NCBI RefSeq assembly: GCF_963921235.1
Contig: NC_086107.1
Location: 95,356,001-95,420,000 of the forward strand
Length of the DNA: 64,000 nt
Origin: Mobula hypostoma
Taxonomy: Eukaryota
Direction of reading: 5' to 3'
Below the pieces are notes generated by a model, which saw only the letters and a list, made by a program, of their open reading frames with translations, was not told the DNA's origin and searched no databases. Positions 1-13,111 of the stretch are shown here, in pieces (positions within the stretch are counted from its first letter, which is position 1; each line of letters starts with the position of its first letter). A program made the translations under genes and the position numbers.

Positions 1-195
1 CACTGTGGAAGTCCTGTACCCCTGGGTCTCTCTGTTCCCTCGGACCCTGTCACTCACTGTACAAGTCCTGTACCCCTGGGTCTCTCTGTTCTATGACACT
101 CCCTAGGACCCTGCCACTCACTGTACAAATCCTGCACCCCTGGGTCTCTCTGTTCCCCAGGACCCTGCCACTCACTGTGCAAGTCCTACCCACCC
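1..195. repeat. Tandem repeat, ~53-bp unit (cactcactgtacaagtcctgtacccctgggtctctctgttcc...ggaccctg)
   Basis: About 4 copies visible; explains the repetitive ORFs at 50-331 and 93-407. Confidence 0.85.
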
Positions 196-1460
196 TCATT
201 TGTCTTCCAAAAATGTCACACCTTGCACTTATCCAAACAAAACTCCATTTGCCATTCCATGGCCCACTTCCCCACTTGATCGAGATTGTCCTGCAAATCC
301 CAGTAACCACCTTCACTGACTGCAAAGCCATCTATTTTGGTGGTGTCTGCACACCTACATTCCTTGTACATTCTCAACCAAATCATCAACAAAGGTCTCA
401 GCAGTGAGCTCCTGGGGAACACCTTTGGTCACGGGCACCCAGTCAAGAAATAACCATAAGGCACAGGAGCAGTATTAAGCCATTCGGCCCATCAAGTCTT
501 TTCCGTTATTCCATCATGGCTGACTTATTATTCCTCTCAACCCCATTCTCCTGATTTCTCCCCGTAACCTTTGATGCCCTTACTAATCAAGAAAATATCA
601 TCCTCTACTTTAAATACAGCCAATGACATGGCCTCCGTAGCTGTCTGTGGCAATGAATTCCGCAGATTCACCACCCTCTGGCTAAAGAAATTCCTCTTTA
701 TCTCTGTTTCAAAGGGTTATCTCCCGGTCCTGGACTTACCCACTATAGGAAACATCCTCTTCATGTCCACTCTATCTAGGGCTTTCACTATTCAATAGGT
801 TTTAATGAGATCGCCCCACAATCTTCTAAACTCCAGTGAGTACAGTCAGAGAGCCATCAAATGTTCCTCGTAGTTAACCCTTTCATTCCTGACATCATTC
901 TCGCGAACTTGCTCTCGACTGTCTCCAACGCCAGCACATTTTTCTTAGATAAGGGGCCCAAAAATGCTCACAGTGTAGTCTGACCAGTGCCTTATAAAGC
1001 CTCAGGATTACATCTTTGCTCTTGTATTCTAATCCTTTTGAAATGAATGCCAATGTTGTACTTGTCTTCCTTACTGTTGACTTATCGTGCAGGTTAACCT
1101 TTAGGGAATCCTGCACAATAACTCCCAGGTCACTTAGCACCTCTAATTTCTGAATTTTCTTCCGGTTTAGAAAATAGTCTACACCTTTATTCTTTTACCA
1201 AAGTGCATGACCATACACTTTGCTACAGTGTATTCCATCTGCCACTTCTTTGCCCATTCTCCTAATCTGTCTAAGACTTTCCGTAGACTCCCTGCTTCCT
1301 CAATACTACCTGCCCCTCCACCTATCTTTGTATCATCCTCAAACTTGGCCACAAAACCATTAATTCCGTCATCCAAATCACTGACATATAACGTGAAAAG
1401 AAGCATTGACTCCTGTACAACATCACTAGTCACTGACAACCAACCGGAAAAGGTCCCCTT
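196..1460 (-). mobile_element. CR1 LINE fragments (RT C-terminus and 3' end)
   Basis: ORFs with CADTTKIDG, WQMEFCLDKCKV, KFEDDTKIGG, LYKALVRLH..HFWAPY; CR1 3' tail near 457. Confidence 0.85.
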
Positions 1461-1464
1461 TGTT

Positions 1465-2548
1465 CCAGAATCACTGATATCACTGGCATATGGCATGAAA
1501 TTTATTGTTTTGTGGCAGCAGCACATTGCAATACATAACAATAAAAGCTATAAATTACAATTAGAAGTATGTAAAATATAGTCGTGTAAAACGAGAGGGA
1601 AAAATAATGAGGTAGTGTTCATGGATTCATTGTCCATTCAGAAATCTGATGGCAGAAGGGAATAAGCTGTTTCCTGAGACATAGAGTGTGTGTCTTCAGG
1701 CTCCTGTACCTCCTACTTGATGGTAGAAGGGGGCATGTCCAGGGTGATGGGGGTCCTTAATGATGGGTGCTGCCTTTTGATGCTGGGGAGGCTAGTGCCC
1801 ATGATGGAGCTGGCAAAGTTTACAACTTTCTGTAGCATTTCCCACCCGTTCCCTCCTGCCAGTCAGCCAATCTTCTATCCATGCTGGCATCTTTCCTGCA
1901 ACACCATGGGCACCTGATCTTGTTCAGCAGCCTCATGTGCAGCACTTTGTCAAAGAATTTCTGAAAATCCAAGTAAAGAATGGCAGCTGTCACTAGAGAG
2001 TCTGCAGAGGCTAACACACACAAAACGCTGCCGGAACTCAGCAGATCAGGCAGCATCTATGGAGAGGAATATAGAGTCGATGTTTCAGGCTGAGACCCTT
2101 CATCAGGGCTAGAGAAGCTTCCTGATGAAGGGTCTCAGCCTGAAACGGCAACTCTTTATTCCTTTATTCCCTTCAGGAAAAGGAAGTTGCAGGAACACAT
2201 ACCAGTCCTTATCGAGGGGTCAGCAGTGGAAAGGGTGAGCAGTTTCAAATTCCTGGGTGTCAACATCTCTGAGGATTATTCTGGACCCAACACATCAAGG
2301 CATTCACAAAGAAGGCACAACAGCAGCTATGTTTCATTAGGGTTTTCAGGAGACTTGGTATGTCTCCAAAGACACCACCAAATTTCTACAGATGTATCGT
2401 GGAGAGAATTCTAACTGGTTGCATCACCATCTGGTATGGATGGGCAATTACACAGGTTCAGAAAAAGCTGCAGAAAGTTGTAAACTTAGCCAGTTCCATC
2501 ACGGGCACCAGCCTCCCCAGCACTGAGGACATCTTCAAAAGGCGATGA
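1465..2548. mobile_element. Rex1-type LINE fragments (both strands) with a Penelope-derived insert at ~1995-2165
   Basis: VERVSSFKFLGVNISED and FYRCIVERILTGCITIWYG motifs; inverted ctgatgaagggtctcagcctgaaac pair. Confidence 0.75.
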
Positions 2549-3190
2549 ATAACAGATTTTGGGAGTGGGTTACAGGCTGGGATCTAATCCATGGGTTAAG
2601 GGGGTTTATATATAGAATAATAGATTCCCAAGGAGTGGGTTACAGGCTGGGATCTAGTCCAGGGGTTTGATGCTTTATATATTAAATAACAGATTCCCTG
2701 GTGCATGTTACAGGCTGGGGTATAGTCCAGGGTCGGTGATTTATATGTTGAATAACAGATTCTGGGACTGGGTTACAGGCTGGGATCTAATCCGTGGGTT
2801 GGGGGGGGGGATTATATATAGAATAATAGATTCCCAAGGAGTGGGTTACAGGCTGGGATCTAGTCCAGGGGTTCAGTGATGTATATATTGAATAACAGAT
2901 CCCCTGGTGCGTGTTACAGGCCTGGATACAGTCCAGAGTCGGTGATTTGTATATTAAATAACAGATCTCGCGGTGTGCGTTACAGGCTGGGACATTGTCC
3001 AGAGGTTAACAGTATTTCTATATAGAATAATAGATCCCCAGCAATGAGTTACAGATTGGGATCTAATCCAGGGCTCAGGGTGCTGGTGGGGGATTGTATA
3101 TCAGATAACAAATCCTTGGAAGTGGGTTACAGATTGAGATTTATTAAAGGGGTTCAGGGGTAGGGTGGTAACATGTAGAATAATAGATCC
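2548..3190. repeat. Minisatellite, ~60-bp unit (gaataacagattccc..gagtgggttacaggctgggatctaatccagggg..tatata)
   Basis: About 10 degenerate copies aligned at a ~60-bp period. Confidence 0.9.
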
Positions 3191-3357
3191 CCCTCTCCCT
3201 TGTTCCAGCCCTGTTGTAGGGTCCTGGCCCGAATTGTTGATGAATCTCCTCCCCACCAAACCACAGCAACACTGTTCCAGCCACTGGGTTCTCCCTGTCC
3301 CTGTCACCAGTGTCCTTCTCCCACACCCAGTCCTCAGGCCATTCAGCCCTTCCTGAC

Positions 3358-3624
3358 CTGCAGTGCCTCCTCCAGCTCCCGCTCCAGGATCTCCTTCTGG
3401 TGGCCCAGTTCCTGGCTCCTCTCTAGCAGGGCCTTGCCCAGCTCAGCGGCCAGGTACAGGTCCTGCTCTCGCCGTCTCAGCGCCGCCCTCAGCTCTTCAT
3501 CCTCGCCCTCTACCCCGGCGCCGGGCCCGGGCATGTATGGGCCCATCCGGCTCAGTGGGAAGGGGTACAGCCCCTCTTCCAGGCTGGGTGAGGGTCCGGG
3601 GTCTGGAGCCCGGGGCAGGTCCAT
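3358..3624 (-). CDS. BICDL2: BICD family-like cargo adapter 2, first coding exon (89 codons, phase-0 donor); rest of gene lies left of the window
   Basis: ACCATGG Kozak start. SPSLEEGLYPFPLSR resembles human BICDL2 SPSGDEGFFPFVLER; coiled-coil motif REQDLYLAAELGKALLERSQEL. Donor CAG|gtcagg at 3357-3356. Confidence 0.88.
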
Positions 3625-3739
3625 GGTCTACGGTTACTGGCTCTCCGCTCCCCACCCACCGACCGGGTCAGACCGAGGGACACGGGTGGGGTTCTCAGCG
3701 AGGCTCCAGTGTTTAGGGGGAAGGGTTACAGATGGATTC

Positions 3740-4180
3740 CTCCCTCACGCCCTTCCTCCCCTCCTTTATGCTCTCTCCCTCTTCCCCTCCACTCACTCCT
3801 CATTCACTCTCTCCCTCCCTCTTTACTCTTTCCTTCACTGTCCTTCACATTCACTCTCTTCCTCCCCGTTTACCTCCTCCCTCCCGTTCACTTCTCCCCC
3901 TTGTTCTCTCTACCTTGTTCACTCTCTCCCTCCCTCCTCATCTCCAATCCGTTCTCCCTCTCCCACCTTCTTCCTCTTATGCTTCCCTCTTTTTCAACTG
4001 CCTGACACCTTCTGCCTCCTTTTCCTTAATCTCTCTCTCTTACCTTCTCCCTCTCACCTTGCACACTCAACCTCCCCCTCTCTCTCACCTCCCTCTTTCT
4101 CTCTCTCACACAATCTCCCTTTCCCCTCTCTTTTTCCCCTTTCCCTCCCTTCTCTCTGTCCCCCTCCCTCTCTCCACCTG
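3740..4180. repeat. CT-rich low-complexity tract
   Basis: Almost pure pyrimidine on the + strand. Confidence 0.85.
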
Positions 4181-4289
4181 GACCCTCAGGGGACAAATAC
4201 CTGAAACACAAACAGCATAGAGAAAGTGATAGATCTTCTCCCCCAATGGCAACCCCGAGCACACTAACTGTGGGAGGGGCAGCAAGGGG

Positions 4290-4990
4290 GGGGGGATTGC
4301 TGTGGGATGGGGTAGTGAGGAGGGAGCGAGGGGGTAGTGAGGTGGGAGGGAGGGGATTGCTGTGGGATGCGGTAGTGAGGAGGGAGGGGGATTGCTGTGG
4401 GATGGGGTAGTGATGAGGGAGGGAAGGGATTTCTATGGGGTAGTGAGGAGGGCGGGAGGGGATTGCTGTGGGATGCGGTAGTGAGGTGGGAGGGAGAGGA
4501 TTTATGTGGGATGGGGTCGTGAGGAGGGAAGGAGGGGATTGCTGTGGGATGCGGTAGTGAGGAGGGAGGGGGATTGCTGTGGGATGGGGTAGTGAGGAGG
4601 GAGGGAGGGGGTAGTGTGGGAGGGAGGGGATTTATGTGGGATGGGGTAGTGAGGAGGGAGGGAGGAGATTGCTGTGGGATGCGGTAGTGAGGAGGGAGGG
4701 GGATTGCTGTGGGATGGGGTAGTGAGGAGGGAGGGAGGGGGTAGTGTGGGAGGGAGGGGATTTATGTGGGATGGGGTAGTGAGGTGGGAGGGAGGGGATT
4801 TATGTGGGATGGGGTAGTGAGGAGGGAGGGAGGGGGTAGTGAGGAGAGTGCCATGGGAAGGTGCTTCAAGGGATGGAGGTCATGGGAGGGGCGGTGAAGG
4901 ACGGAGTGTCATGGGAGGCGATAGTGAGGGACAGAGTTTCATGGGAGGGATGGAGAGGGCTGGAGTGTCATGGGAGGGGGCAGTGAGGTG
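4290..4990. repeat. G-rich minisatellite, ~35-bp unit (ggggattgctgtgggatggggtagtgaggagggag)
   Basis: More than 12 copies with dense GGG runs. Confidence 0.9.
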
Positions 4991-4999
4991 GGAGGGGCG

Positions 5000-5500
5000 T
5001 GATCTCATTCTCCACACTCTCTGTCGCACACTCTCTCTTTCTATCACACTCTCTCTGTCACACACTCTCTCCCTCTCCATCAAGGTCTATCGCTCTCTCT
5101 TGCATTTCCACTTATCTCCTCTGTCAGACACTTTCTTTCTCTCTCTTTGTTACACACTCTCACTATCTCTCTCTATTGCACTTTCTCCCTCCCTTTATCT
5201 CTCTATCACTCTATCATCCTCTTTCTCCTTCAGTCATGCTGTCTCTTTCACACTCTCTCCCTCTCCCTATCCTGCGCCTTTTTCCTCTTGAAAGCTTTCT
5301 CTATCACACTCTCTCTTTCACTCTTCCCCACTCTCTCACTGCATAGCTTTCTCTCTCTCTCTTTCTATCATGTTTCACTCTCTCCATCCTTCTCATTCAT
5401 ACTCCTCTCGCCTTCACTCTTTCTGACTCACTCTCTCACTCTTTTTTTCACTCTCTCCCTCTCTCTATCAGACTTTTTCTCTTTCGTTCTCTTTCTCTCT
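5000..5500. repeat. CT/CA-rich low-complexity tract
   Basis: (ct)n-like degenerate sequence. Confidence 0.85.
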
Positions 5501-5539
5501 CTGACTGCTGATGCTTTCTACCTGCTGCTGGTTACTCAC

Positions 5540-5720
5540 GGGTCGGACAGAGAGTTGCACCCTCAATCCCTCAGTCTGCTCCGCTCCCTCGCCACCACAC
5601 ACTGTGGCATCGTTCAGATACCTGTTCCACTGACGTCAGTGGAAGCCTCTTCGCTGCCGGCCGTTTCCTAGCTTAAAGGGGCAGGGCACAGGTGAGAACT
5701 CTTAAAGGGGTGAGCACTTC
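5540..5720 (-). promoter_or_regulatory. Putative BICDL2 promoter / non-coding first exon with palindromic CRE
   Basis: Donor CCC|gtgagt at 5539-5534 (minus); unique CpG-containing sequence; TGACGTCA inside a perfect 20-bp palindrome at 5625-5644. Confidence 0.5.
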
Positions 5721-5889
5721 TGCCTGTCTGCCAATGAATGTCGCCACCTGCTGTTTGGACCAACGTGAGCACTAGCAGACTCCATTCCGTCCCTCAGTCC
5801 TACAACACCTCTCCCAACCTCAATCCCCTGTCCCATCTCCACATCCCTCTACTCCCAGTACCCAGGAATCTCTCTGTCTCTGAGTTTCT

Positions 5890-6550
5890 TGGTTTACCAT
5901 TGTCACACATACCCCGTACAGTGAAACATTTTATCCACATGCTATCCATACAGATCACTTCACTGCATCAAAGCATTGAGGTATCACAAGGGGAAAACAG
6001 CAACGGTATGCAGAGTCACGACGAGGTAAATTGTGAGGTCAAAAGCTCAGCTTCCGGAACTGGGGGACCATTCAACAGTCCGATAACAGTGGCGTAGAAG
6101 CTGTCCTTCAGCCTGCTGGGGCGTGCTTTCAGGATTTTGTGTCTCCTGTCTGATGAGAGAGAAGAGTAGAGAGAATGTCCGGGGTGGGAGAGGTCTTTGA
6201 TGATGCTGGCTGCTTTACTGAGCCGGCAGCAAGTGTAGACAGAATCCATGGAAGGGAGGCCGGTTTCCACGACGTGCTGGGCTGTGTCCACGACCCTCTG
6301 TGGTTTCTTGCGGTCACAGGCCGAGCCGTTGTCATACCAAGTGGTGATGTGTCCGGATCGGACACTTTCCGTGGTGCATTGGTAAGGGTTAATTTCTTTA
6401 GCCTCTTGAGGAAGTAGAAGCACTGGTGAGTTTTCTTGGCCATGGCATCTACATGACTGGACCAGGACGGATTGTTAGCGATGTTCACTCCAGGGAGCTT
6501 GAAGCTCTCAACCTGCTTGACCTCAACACCGTTAATACAGATGGGTGGAT
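5890..6550 (-). mobile_element. Rex1-type LINE 3' fragment
   Basis: VESFKLPGVNIANNPSWSSHVD; YQCTTESVRSGHITTWY; RLKDSFYATVIGLLN. Confidence 0.8.
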
Positions 6551-6899
6551 TGAGCCTCGGAGGAGAGGGAATTACAAAAGTTTCCCTTTCTCTGGGGAAG
6601 GAACACCCTTCCCATCTCCATCCCCATCTCTCCTTCTGAGACTCCTCAGTTCTAGCATGACACCCTCCACACACTGGCAAGCCACCTGGCCCTATATGAT
6701 TTGATTGGATTTCCTTTCCTTCCTGGATCTTTGGCGAGTCCAGTCCCGGTCTGTTCCGTCTCTCCCCACACAGTAATCCCAGTCTCCAGATCTGGCCGGG
6801 AGAACCTGCAGAAACTCTTTTGTTCACAGACACAAGAAATTGTGCAGATGCAAGAAATCTGAAAAAACACACACAAAGTGTTGGAGGAACTCAGATTCA

Positions 6900-9800
6900 G
6901 ACCTGCCGCCGACACTTCCCCTAAACTTTCTTCCACTTACCTTAAATAGATGTCCTCTGGTATTGGTCAGTGTTGCCCTGGGAAGAAGCTCTAGCTGTCT
7001 CCTGGTTATGCCTCTCATAATCTTAGACACCTCTATTAAGTTGCCTCTCATCCTTATTCAGAGAGAAAAAAAAAGCTGTAGCTCTCTCAACGATTCCTCA
7101 TAAGACATTCTCTCTAATCCAGGCAACATCCTGGTAAATCTCCTCTGCACCCTCTCTAAAGCTTCCACATCCTTCCTAGAATGAGGCGACTAGAACAGTA
7201 CGCAATACCCCAAGTGTGGTGTAACCAAGGTTTTGCACAGCTACAATATTACCTCACGGCTCTTGAACTCAATCCCCCCCAGTGAAGATCAACACACCAT
7301 AGAATGTAAAATAATACAGCACAGTTCAGGCCCTTTGGCCCACGATGTTGTGCCAACCCTTTAACCTACTCCAAGATCAATCTAATCCTCCCACATAGTC
7401 CTCCATTTTCTTTCAGCCATATGCCTTTTTAAGAGTCTCTTACATGTCCCTAAGGTATCTGACTCTGCCACCCACCCTGGGAGTATCTTCCACGCACCGC
7501 CAACTCTGTGTAAACAAACCTATCCCTGACAACCTCCCCCTCTACCGTCCTCCAATCACCTTAAAATTATGCCCCCTTACTATTTCCACCTGGGAGAAAG
7601 TCTCTGGCTGTCCACTCGGTTTATGCCTCCTATCATCTTGTACGCCACTATCAAGTCACCAAGTCTTCAAATCTTCCTTTTCCCCAGTGAGAAAAGCCCC
7701 AGCTTGCCTAACCTATCCTCATAAGACATGCTTTCTAATCCAGGTAAATCTCCTCTGCACCCTCTGAAGCTTCCACATCCTTCCTAAAATCCAGTGAACT
7801 GAGCACAACGCGATACCCCGGCTGAGGTCTAACCAGAGTTTTATCACGACGCAACATTACATCACAGCTCTTGAACCAAACAACTCCAACTAATGAAGGC
7901 CTCCCTGACCACTCCATTAGCTTGCACAGCAACTTTGAGGGATCTATGGATGTGGACTTCAAGATCCCTCTGTTCCTCCACACAGCCACTAACTTTGTAC
8001 TCTGCCTTCAAATTCAACCTCCCAAAATGAATCACTTCACACGCTTCCAGATCAAACTCCATCTGCCACTTCTCAGCCCAGCTCTGCACCCTATCAGTGT
8101 CCTGCTGTAGGCAATGACAGCATACTACTGTTCCCCCAACCTTTGTGCCATCTGTTGACTTACTAACTCACCCTCCCACTTCCTCATCCGTTTATAAAAA
8201 TCACAAAGAGCAGGGGTCCCAGAACAAACCCCTGTGGAACACCACTGGTCACCGAACTCCAGGCAGAATAGCCTCTATCTACTACCACCCTCTGCCTTCT
8301 GTGGGCAAGCCAATTCTGAATCCACACAGCCAAATTTCCCTGGATCCCATGGCTCATAACTTTCTGAATGACCACAGAAAACCTTGTCCAATGCCTTACT
8401 AAAATCCATGTACACCATATCCACTACTCTGCCTTCACCGATGTGCTTGGTCACTTCTTCAGAGCATTCAACCAATCTGCTCCTCACAAAGCCATGTTGA
8501 CTACCCCTAATATGCTTTTCCAAATGCTCGTAAATCCAGTTTCTAAGAATCCTCTCCAATTGTTTGCCAACCACTGACATAAGACCCACTGGTCTATGAT
8601 TCCCAGGATTATCCCTATTACCTTTCTTGAACAAAGCAATAACATTTGCCACCATCCAATCTTCTGGCTATGCCTCTTATCAGCTTGTACACTTCAATCA
8701 AGCCTCAGAAATCCTATCTCTAAGAATCTTCTCCAATAATTTGACCACCACTAAAGTAAGACTCACAGATCTAGAATACCCAGGGTTATACTTACTCACA
8801 AACAAGAGGAAATCTGCGGATGCTGGAAATCAAGGTAATGCACACAAAATGCTGGAGGAGCTCGGCAGGCCAAGCAGCATCTATGGAAAGGAGTAAACAG
8901 TCAACATTTCGGACCGAGACCCTTCAATCTGCCAGAAAAAGTGAGATCTCCCAGTGGCCACCCATTTCAATTCTACTTCCCATTTCCATTCCAGCACATC
9001 AGTCCATGGCTTCCTTTACTGCCATGATGAGGCTACACTCAGGTTGGATGAGCAACATCTTATATTCCATCTGTGTAGCCTCCAATTTGATGGCATGAAC
9101 ATCGATTCCTCAAACTTCTGATAATTATCCCCACCCCTTCTCCAATCCCCATTCCCATTTTCTTCTCATTGTATCTCCTTACCTTCCTGTAGTTCTCCTT
9201 CCCTTTCCCCTTCTTCCATGGTTTTCCAAACTCTCCTGTCAGTTTCCCCATTCTCCAGCTCTTTATCTCTTTCACCAATCAACTTCCAGCTCTGTACTTC
9301 ACCCCTCCCCCTCTCCATGTTTCTCCTATCGCCTACCACCATAAACTTCTTACTCCCTTCCCCCCACCTTCTAACTCTGACTTCTCATGTCTCCTTTCCA
9401 GTCCTGATGAAGGATCTCAGCCCAAAATGTTGACTGTTTACTGTTTTCCATAGATGCAGCCTGGCCTGCTGAGTTCCTCCAGCATTTTGTGTGTGTCATC
9501 CTTACTCCCTTTCTTGAAGAAAGGACCTCCAAGGCCACCTTCCAATCATCTGGTAGTACTGCTGTGGCCAGTGAGGATGGAAAATTAATTGCTAAGGGTG
9601 CAGCAATCTCTTCCCTCACTTCCCGTAGTAACTTGGGGTATATCCTGTCTGGCCCCGGGGACTTATCTATCCTAATGTTTTTCAAAAGTTCCAGCACATC
9701 CTCTTTCTTAAAACCAGCATGTGCTAGTACATGCCTTCCATGTTGACATTGCATTCATCAAGATCCCTCTCACTGGTGAATACAGAAACAAAGTATTCAT

Positions 9801-11995
9801 TAAGGACCTCCCCAGCCTCCTCTGACTCCAGGCATATGTTTCCTCTTTTATCCCTGATTAGTCCTAGCTTCACTCCAGTTGTCCTCCTGTTCTTCACGTA
9901 CATGTAGAACGCCTTGGGGTGTCCTTAATCCTACTCACCAAGGCCTTCTCATGTCCCTTCTCGCTCACCTAAATCCATTCTTAAACTCCTTCCTGGCTAC
10001 CTTATAACTCTCAAGAGCCCTGTCTGATCCTTGCTTTCTAAAGCTTAAGTAAGCCTCTTGACTATATGTTCCACACCATGGTTCCTTCAACCTACCATTC
10101 TTTCCCTGTCTCAAAGGACAAATCTATCCAGGATCCCTTGCAAGTGTTCCCTGAACAATTTTCATTGTGCATTTCCCTGAGTACACCCGTTCCCAATTTA
10201 TGCTCCCAGGTTTCTGCCTGATAGAATCATAATTTTCTCACTTCCCCAATTAAACACTTTCCCAAACCGTCTGCTCCCATCCCTATCCAAAGCTATGGCA
10301 AAGCCCAGGGAGTTGTAGTCACTGTCTCCAAAACGCTCACCCACCATGTGATCTGTCACCTGATCACTTGCCTAGTTCCAGATACAGTATGACCTACTGA
10401 GTCAACGTGATAACCTGTTGCATCAAGAATCCTTCCTGGGAACAACCTAATAAATTCCACCCCATTACACATTTTGAACTAAGGAGGTGCCAATTAATAT
10501 TAAGGAAGTTGAAGTCACTCATGACAATAGCCCTGTTATTTTTGCACCTCTCTAAAATCAACGTCCTGATCTGCACCTCAATATCTCTGTTGGTATTTGG
10601 GGGGAGGTGTGGTTGGTGTCTATAGAATCACCAAAATAGAGTGATGGCTCCATTCCAGTTTCTGATTTCCACCCATACTGACTCAGTGGACAATCCCTCC
10701 ACAACATCCTCCTTTTCTGCAGCTGTGATACTATAACCCTGATAAACAATGTCTCTCCCTCAGCACTTTACCACCTTCCCTGTCCCTTTTGAAACATCTA
10801 ACCCTGGAACATCCGGCAGTCTACCTGCCCTTGTGACATCCAAGACTCTGTAATGGCCACAACGTCGTCGTTCCACGTACTGACCCATGTTCTGAGTTCA
10901 TCACCCTTGTTCCTGATACTTCTTATGATAAAATAGACACACTTCAGCTCATCCCACTGACTGCAATTTTCCCTATCAGCTGCCTGTCCTTCCTCACAGT
11001 TTTACTCCTTCCTCACAGTTTTACTGAATACACACTACATCTATCTTTACACCAACTGCCCTGCCTTCAGCCCTATCGCTCTGGTTCCAACCTAGCTTAA
11101 CTAGTTTAAACCCTCCTCAACAGCTCTAGCAAACCTGCCCACAAAGATATTGGTTCCCCTCAAGCTCAGGTGTAACCTATCCTCTCTGTACAGGTCACAC
11201 CTTCCCTAGAAGAGATCCCAATGATCCGGAAATCTGAAACCCTGCCCCCTGCACCAGTTCCTCAGCCACGCATTCATCTGCCAAATCATCCTATTCTGAT
11301 CGTCACTGGCATGTGACACAGGCAGAGATTACTACCCATGACGTCCAGCTTTTCAGCTTCCTACCTAGCTCTCTATATTCTCTCTTCAGGATCTCATCCC
11401 TTTTCCTACCTACATCATCGCTTCCGATATGCACCATGAATTCGGACTCCTAACCCTCCCCCTTTAGAAAGCTGTGGACCCGATCTGAGACATCCCTGAC
11501 CCTGGCACCAGGGAGGCAACACACCATCTATTGCACCCACAGAACCTTATTTCTGTTCCTCTGACTAAAGAGTCATCTATCAACACTGTTCGCTTTTTCC
11601 TCCTGCTTCCCCTTTGGGCTCAGAGTCAAACTCAGTGCCAGAGATTTGGTGGCTGTGGCTTTCCTCTGCTAGGCCAACCTCCCAACAGTATCCAAAGCGG
11701 TGTACCTGCTAATGAGGGGAACTGCAAGCAGGGAACCGTGTATTAATAACTTATCCCCTTTACCCCTCCTGATGGTCACCCGGTTACCTGTGCCCTGCCT
11801 CTTAGGTGTAACTACCTCTCTCATATTGCCTGCCAGCCTCCCGAGAGATCTGGAGTTCATCCGGCTCCAGCCCCAGTTCCCTAACACGGTCCGTAAGGAG
11901 CTCCGGCCGGGTGCACTTCCTGCAGGTGTAGTCATCTGGGATAGTGAAGGTCTCCCTGCCTTCCCACATCCCGCAAGAGGAGCCACTGTCCTGAC
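6900..11995 (-). mobile_element. Decayed, nearly full-length CR1 LINE(s): ORF1, APE endonuclease, RT and 3' end, with nested inserts
   Basis: SSCGMWE..PDDYTCRKC (ORF1 N-terminus, ~11950); AIVMSDFNFLNINW (APE); KSPGPDRIYP; VYMDFSKALDKV; SGVPQGFVLGPLLF; WQMEFD. Confidence 0.85.
8797..9497 (+). mobile_element. Penelope-like element 3' fragment (GIY-YIG C-terminus plus pLTR with an inverted pLTR copy)
   Basis: Decayed PVATHFNS...EATLRL.EQHL..LQ.DGMNI; terminal ctgatgaagg...gttgactg motif; inverted aaaatgctggaggaactc ends. Confidence 0.8.
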
Positions 11996-12509
11996 TGCTG
12001 TAATAAAGAGGGGAGGGAGGAAAGGGATGGAATGAAGGGAAGGGAGGAAGGGGTGGAGGAAGAGAGGAGGAGGGAGGGAACAGATGGAAGGAAGGGAGGG
12101 AAGGAGAGAGCGAGGGAAGGAAAGAGGGTAGGAAGGAAGGATGAAAGAAAGCCCTCTGCATTTCATGTTCCTTTTGTTAACTTCTCCCCTCATTAACCTC
12201 GCAGCTGGGCACAACATCAACATTGCAATCCTACCCATCACCCTCTTCGGAAAAAAGTCCCTCTTGACCACTCCAACTCCCTATCCTCCCCGCACCGTGA
12301 TCCGGTCTTCTCCCCCTTGGAATCCCCTGTCAGATCCGTTGCTCCCCCTTTGGACAATGACCTGCCCCAGAGTTGGAGCTTGGGCAGCCTCTGACTTCAC
12401 TGCTGGGCTGCAGGGCTGCTTCCCCCTCTGCTGGCCAGCACAGGCACTGCAACCACAGCCCCTCAGAACTGAACTCAACAGGTCCTCAGAGACAGTATTT
12501 ACTGGGGAT

Positions 12510-13111
12510 GCAAACAACAGGAATTCTGCAGATGCTGGAAATTCAAGCAACATACATCAAAGTTGCTGGTGAACGCAGCAGGCCAGGCAGCATCTCCAGG
12601 AAGAGGTACAGTCGACGTTTCAGGCCGAGACTCTTCGTCAGGACTAACTGAAGGAAGAGTGAGTAAGGGATTTGAAAGTGGGAGGGGGAGGGGGAGATCC
12701 AAAATGATAGGAGAAGACAGGAGGAGGAGGGATGGAGCCAAGAGCTGGACAGGTGATTGGCAAAGGTGATATGAGAGGATCATGGGACAGGAGGCCCAGG
12801 GAGAAGGAAAAGGGGGAGGGGGGGAAACCCAGAGGATGGGCAAGGGGTATAGTGAGAGGGACAGAGGGGGAAAAAGGAGAGTGAGAGAAAGAATGTGTGT
12901 ATAAAAATAAGTAACAGATGGGGTACGAGGGGAGGTGGGGCATTAGCGGAAGTTAGAGAAGTCGATGTTCATGCCATCAGGTTGGAGGCTACCCAGACGG
13001 AATATAAGGTGTTGTTCCTCCAACCTGAGTGTGGCTTCATCTTTACAGTAGAGGAGGCCGTGGAAAGACATGTCAGAATGGGAATGGGATGTGGAATTAA
13101 AATGTGTGGCC
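12510..13111 (-). mobile_element. Penelope-like element 3' fragment, well preserved, possible 9-bp TSD actggggat
   Basis: Minus frame reads ...HFNSTSHSHSDMSFHGLLYCKDEATLRLEEQHLIFRLGSLQPDGMNIDFSNFR*; actggggat at 12501-12509 and 13112-13120. Confidence 0.85.
12610..12645 (-). ncRNA. Minimal type I hammerhead ribozyme motif of a Penelope pLTR
   Basis: AGUC-CUGACGA-AGAGUCUCGGCCU-GAAA-CG-UC-GACU: conserved core, helix I AGUC/GACU, palindromic ACGU helix III. Confidence 0.7.

Noticed and set aside
3200-4204. 334-aa plus-strand ORF and overlapping S/L/P-rich ORFs up to 5671
   Set aside because: Antisense shadow of the BICDL2 exon plus stop-poor CT-rich low-complexity sequence.
6652-6805. Phase-2-compatible open frame RFSRPDLETG...RVSC*
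   Set aside because: Poor polypyrimidine tract and no recognisable peptide motif.
12281-12500. Minus-strand ORF with RGCGCSAC (C-x4-C) as a candidate mature-peptide exon
   Set aside because: Available acceptors hit a stop in the required phase 2, and there is no further family similarity.
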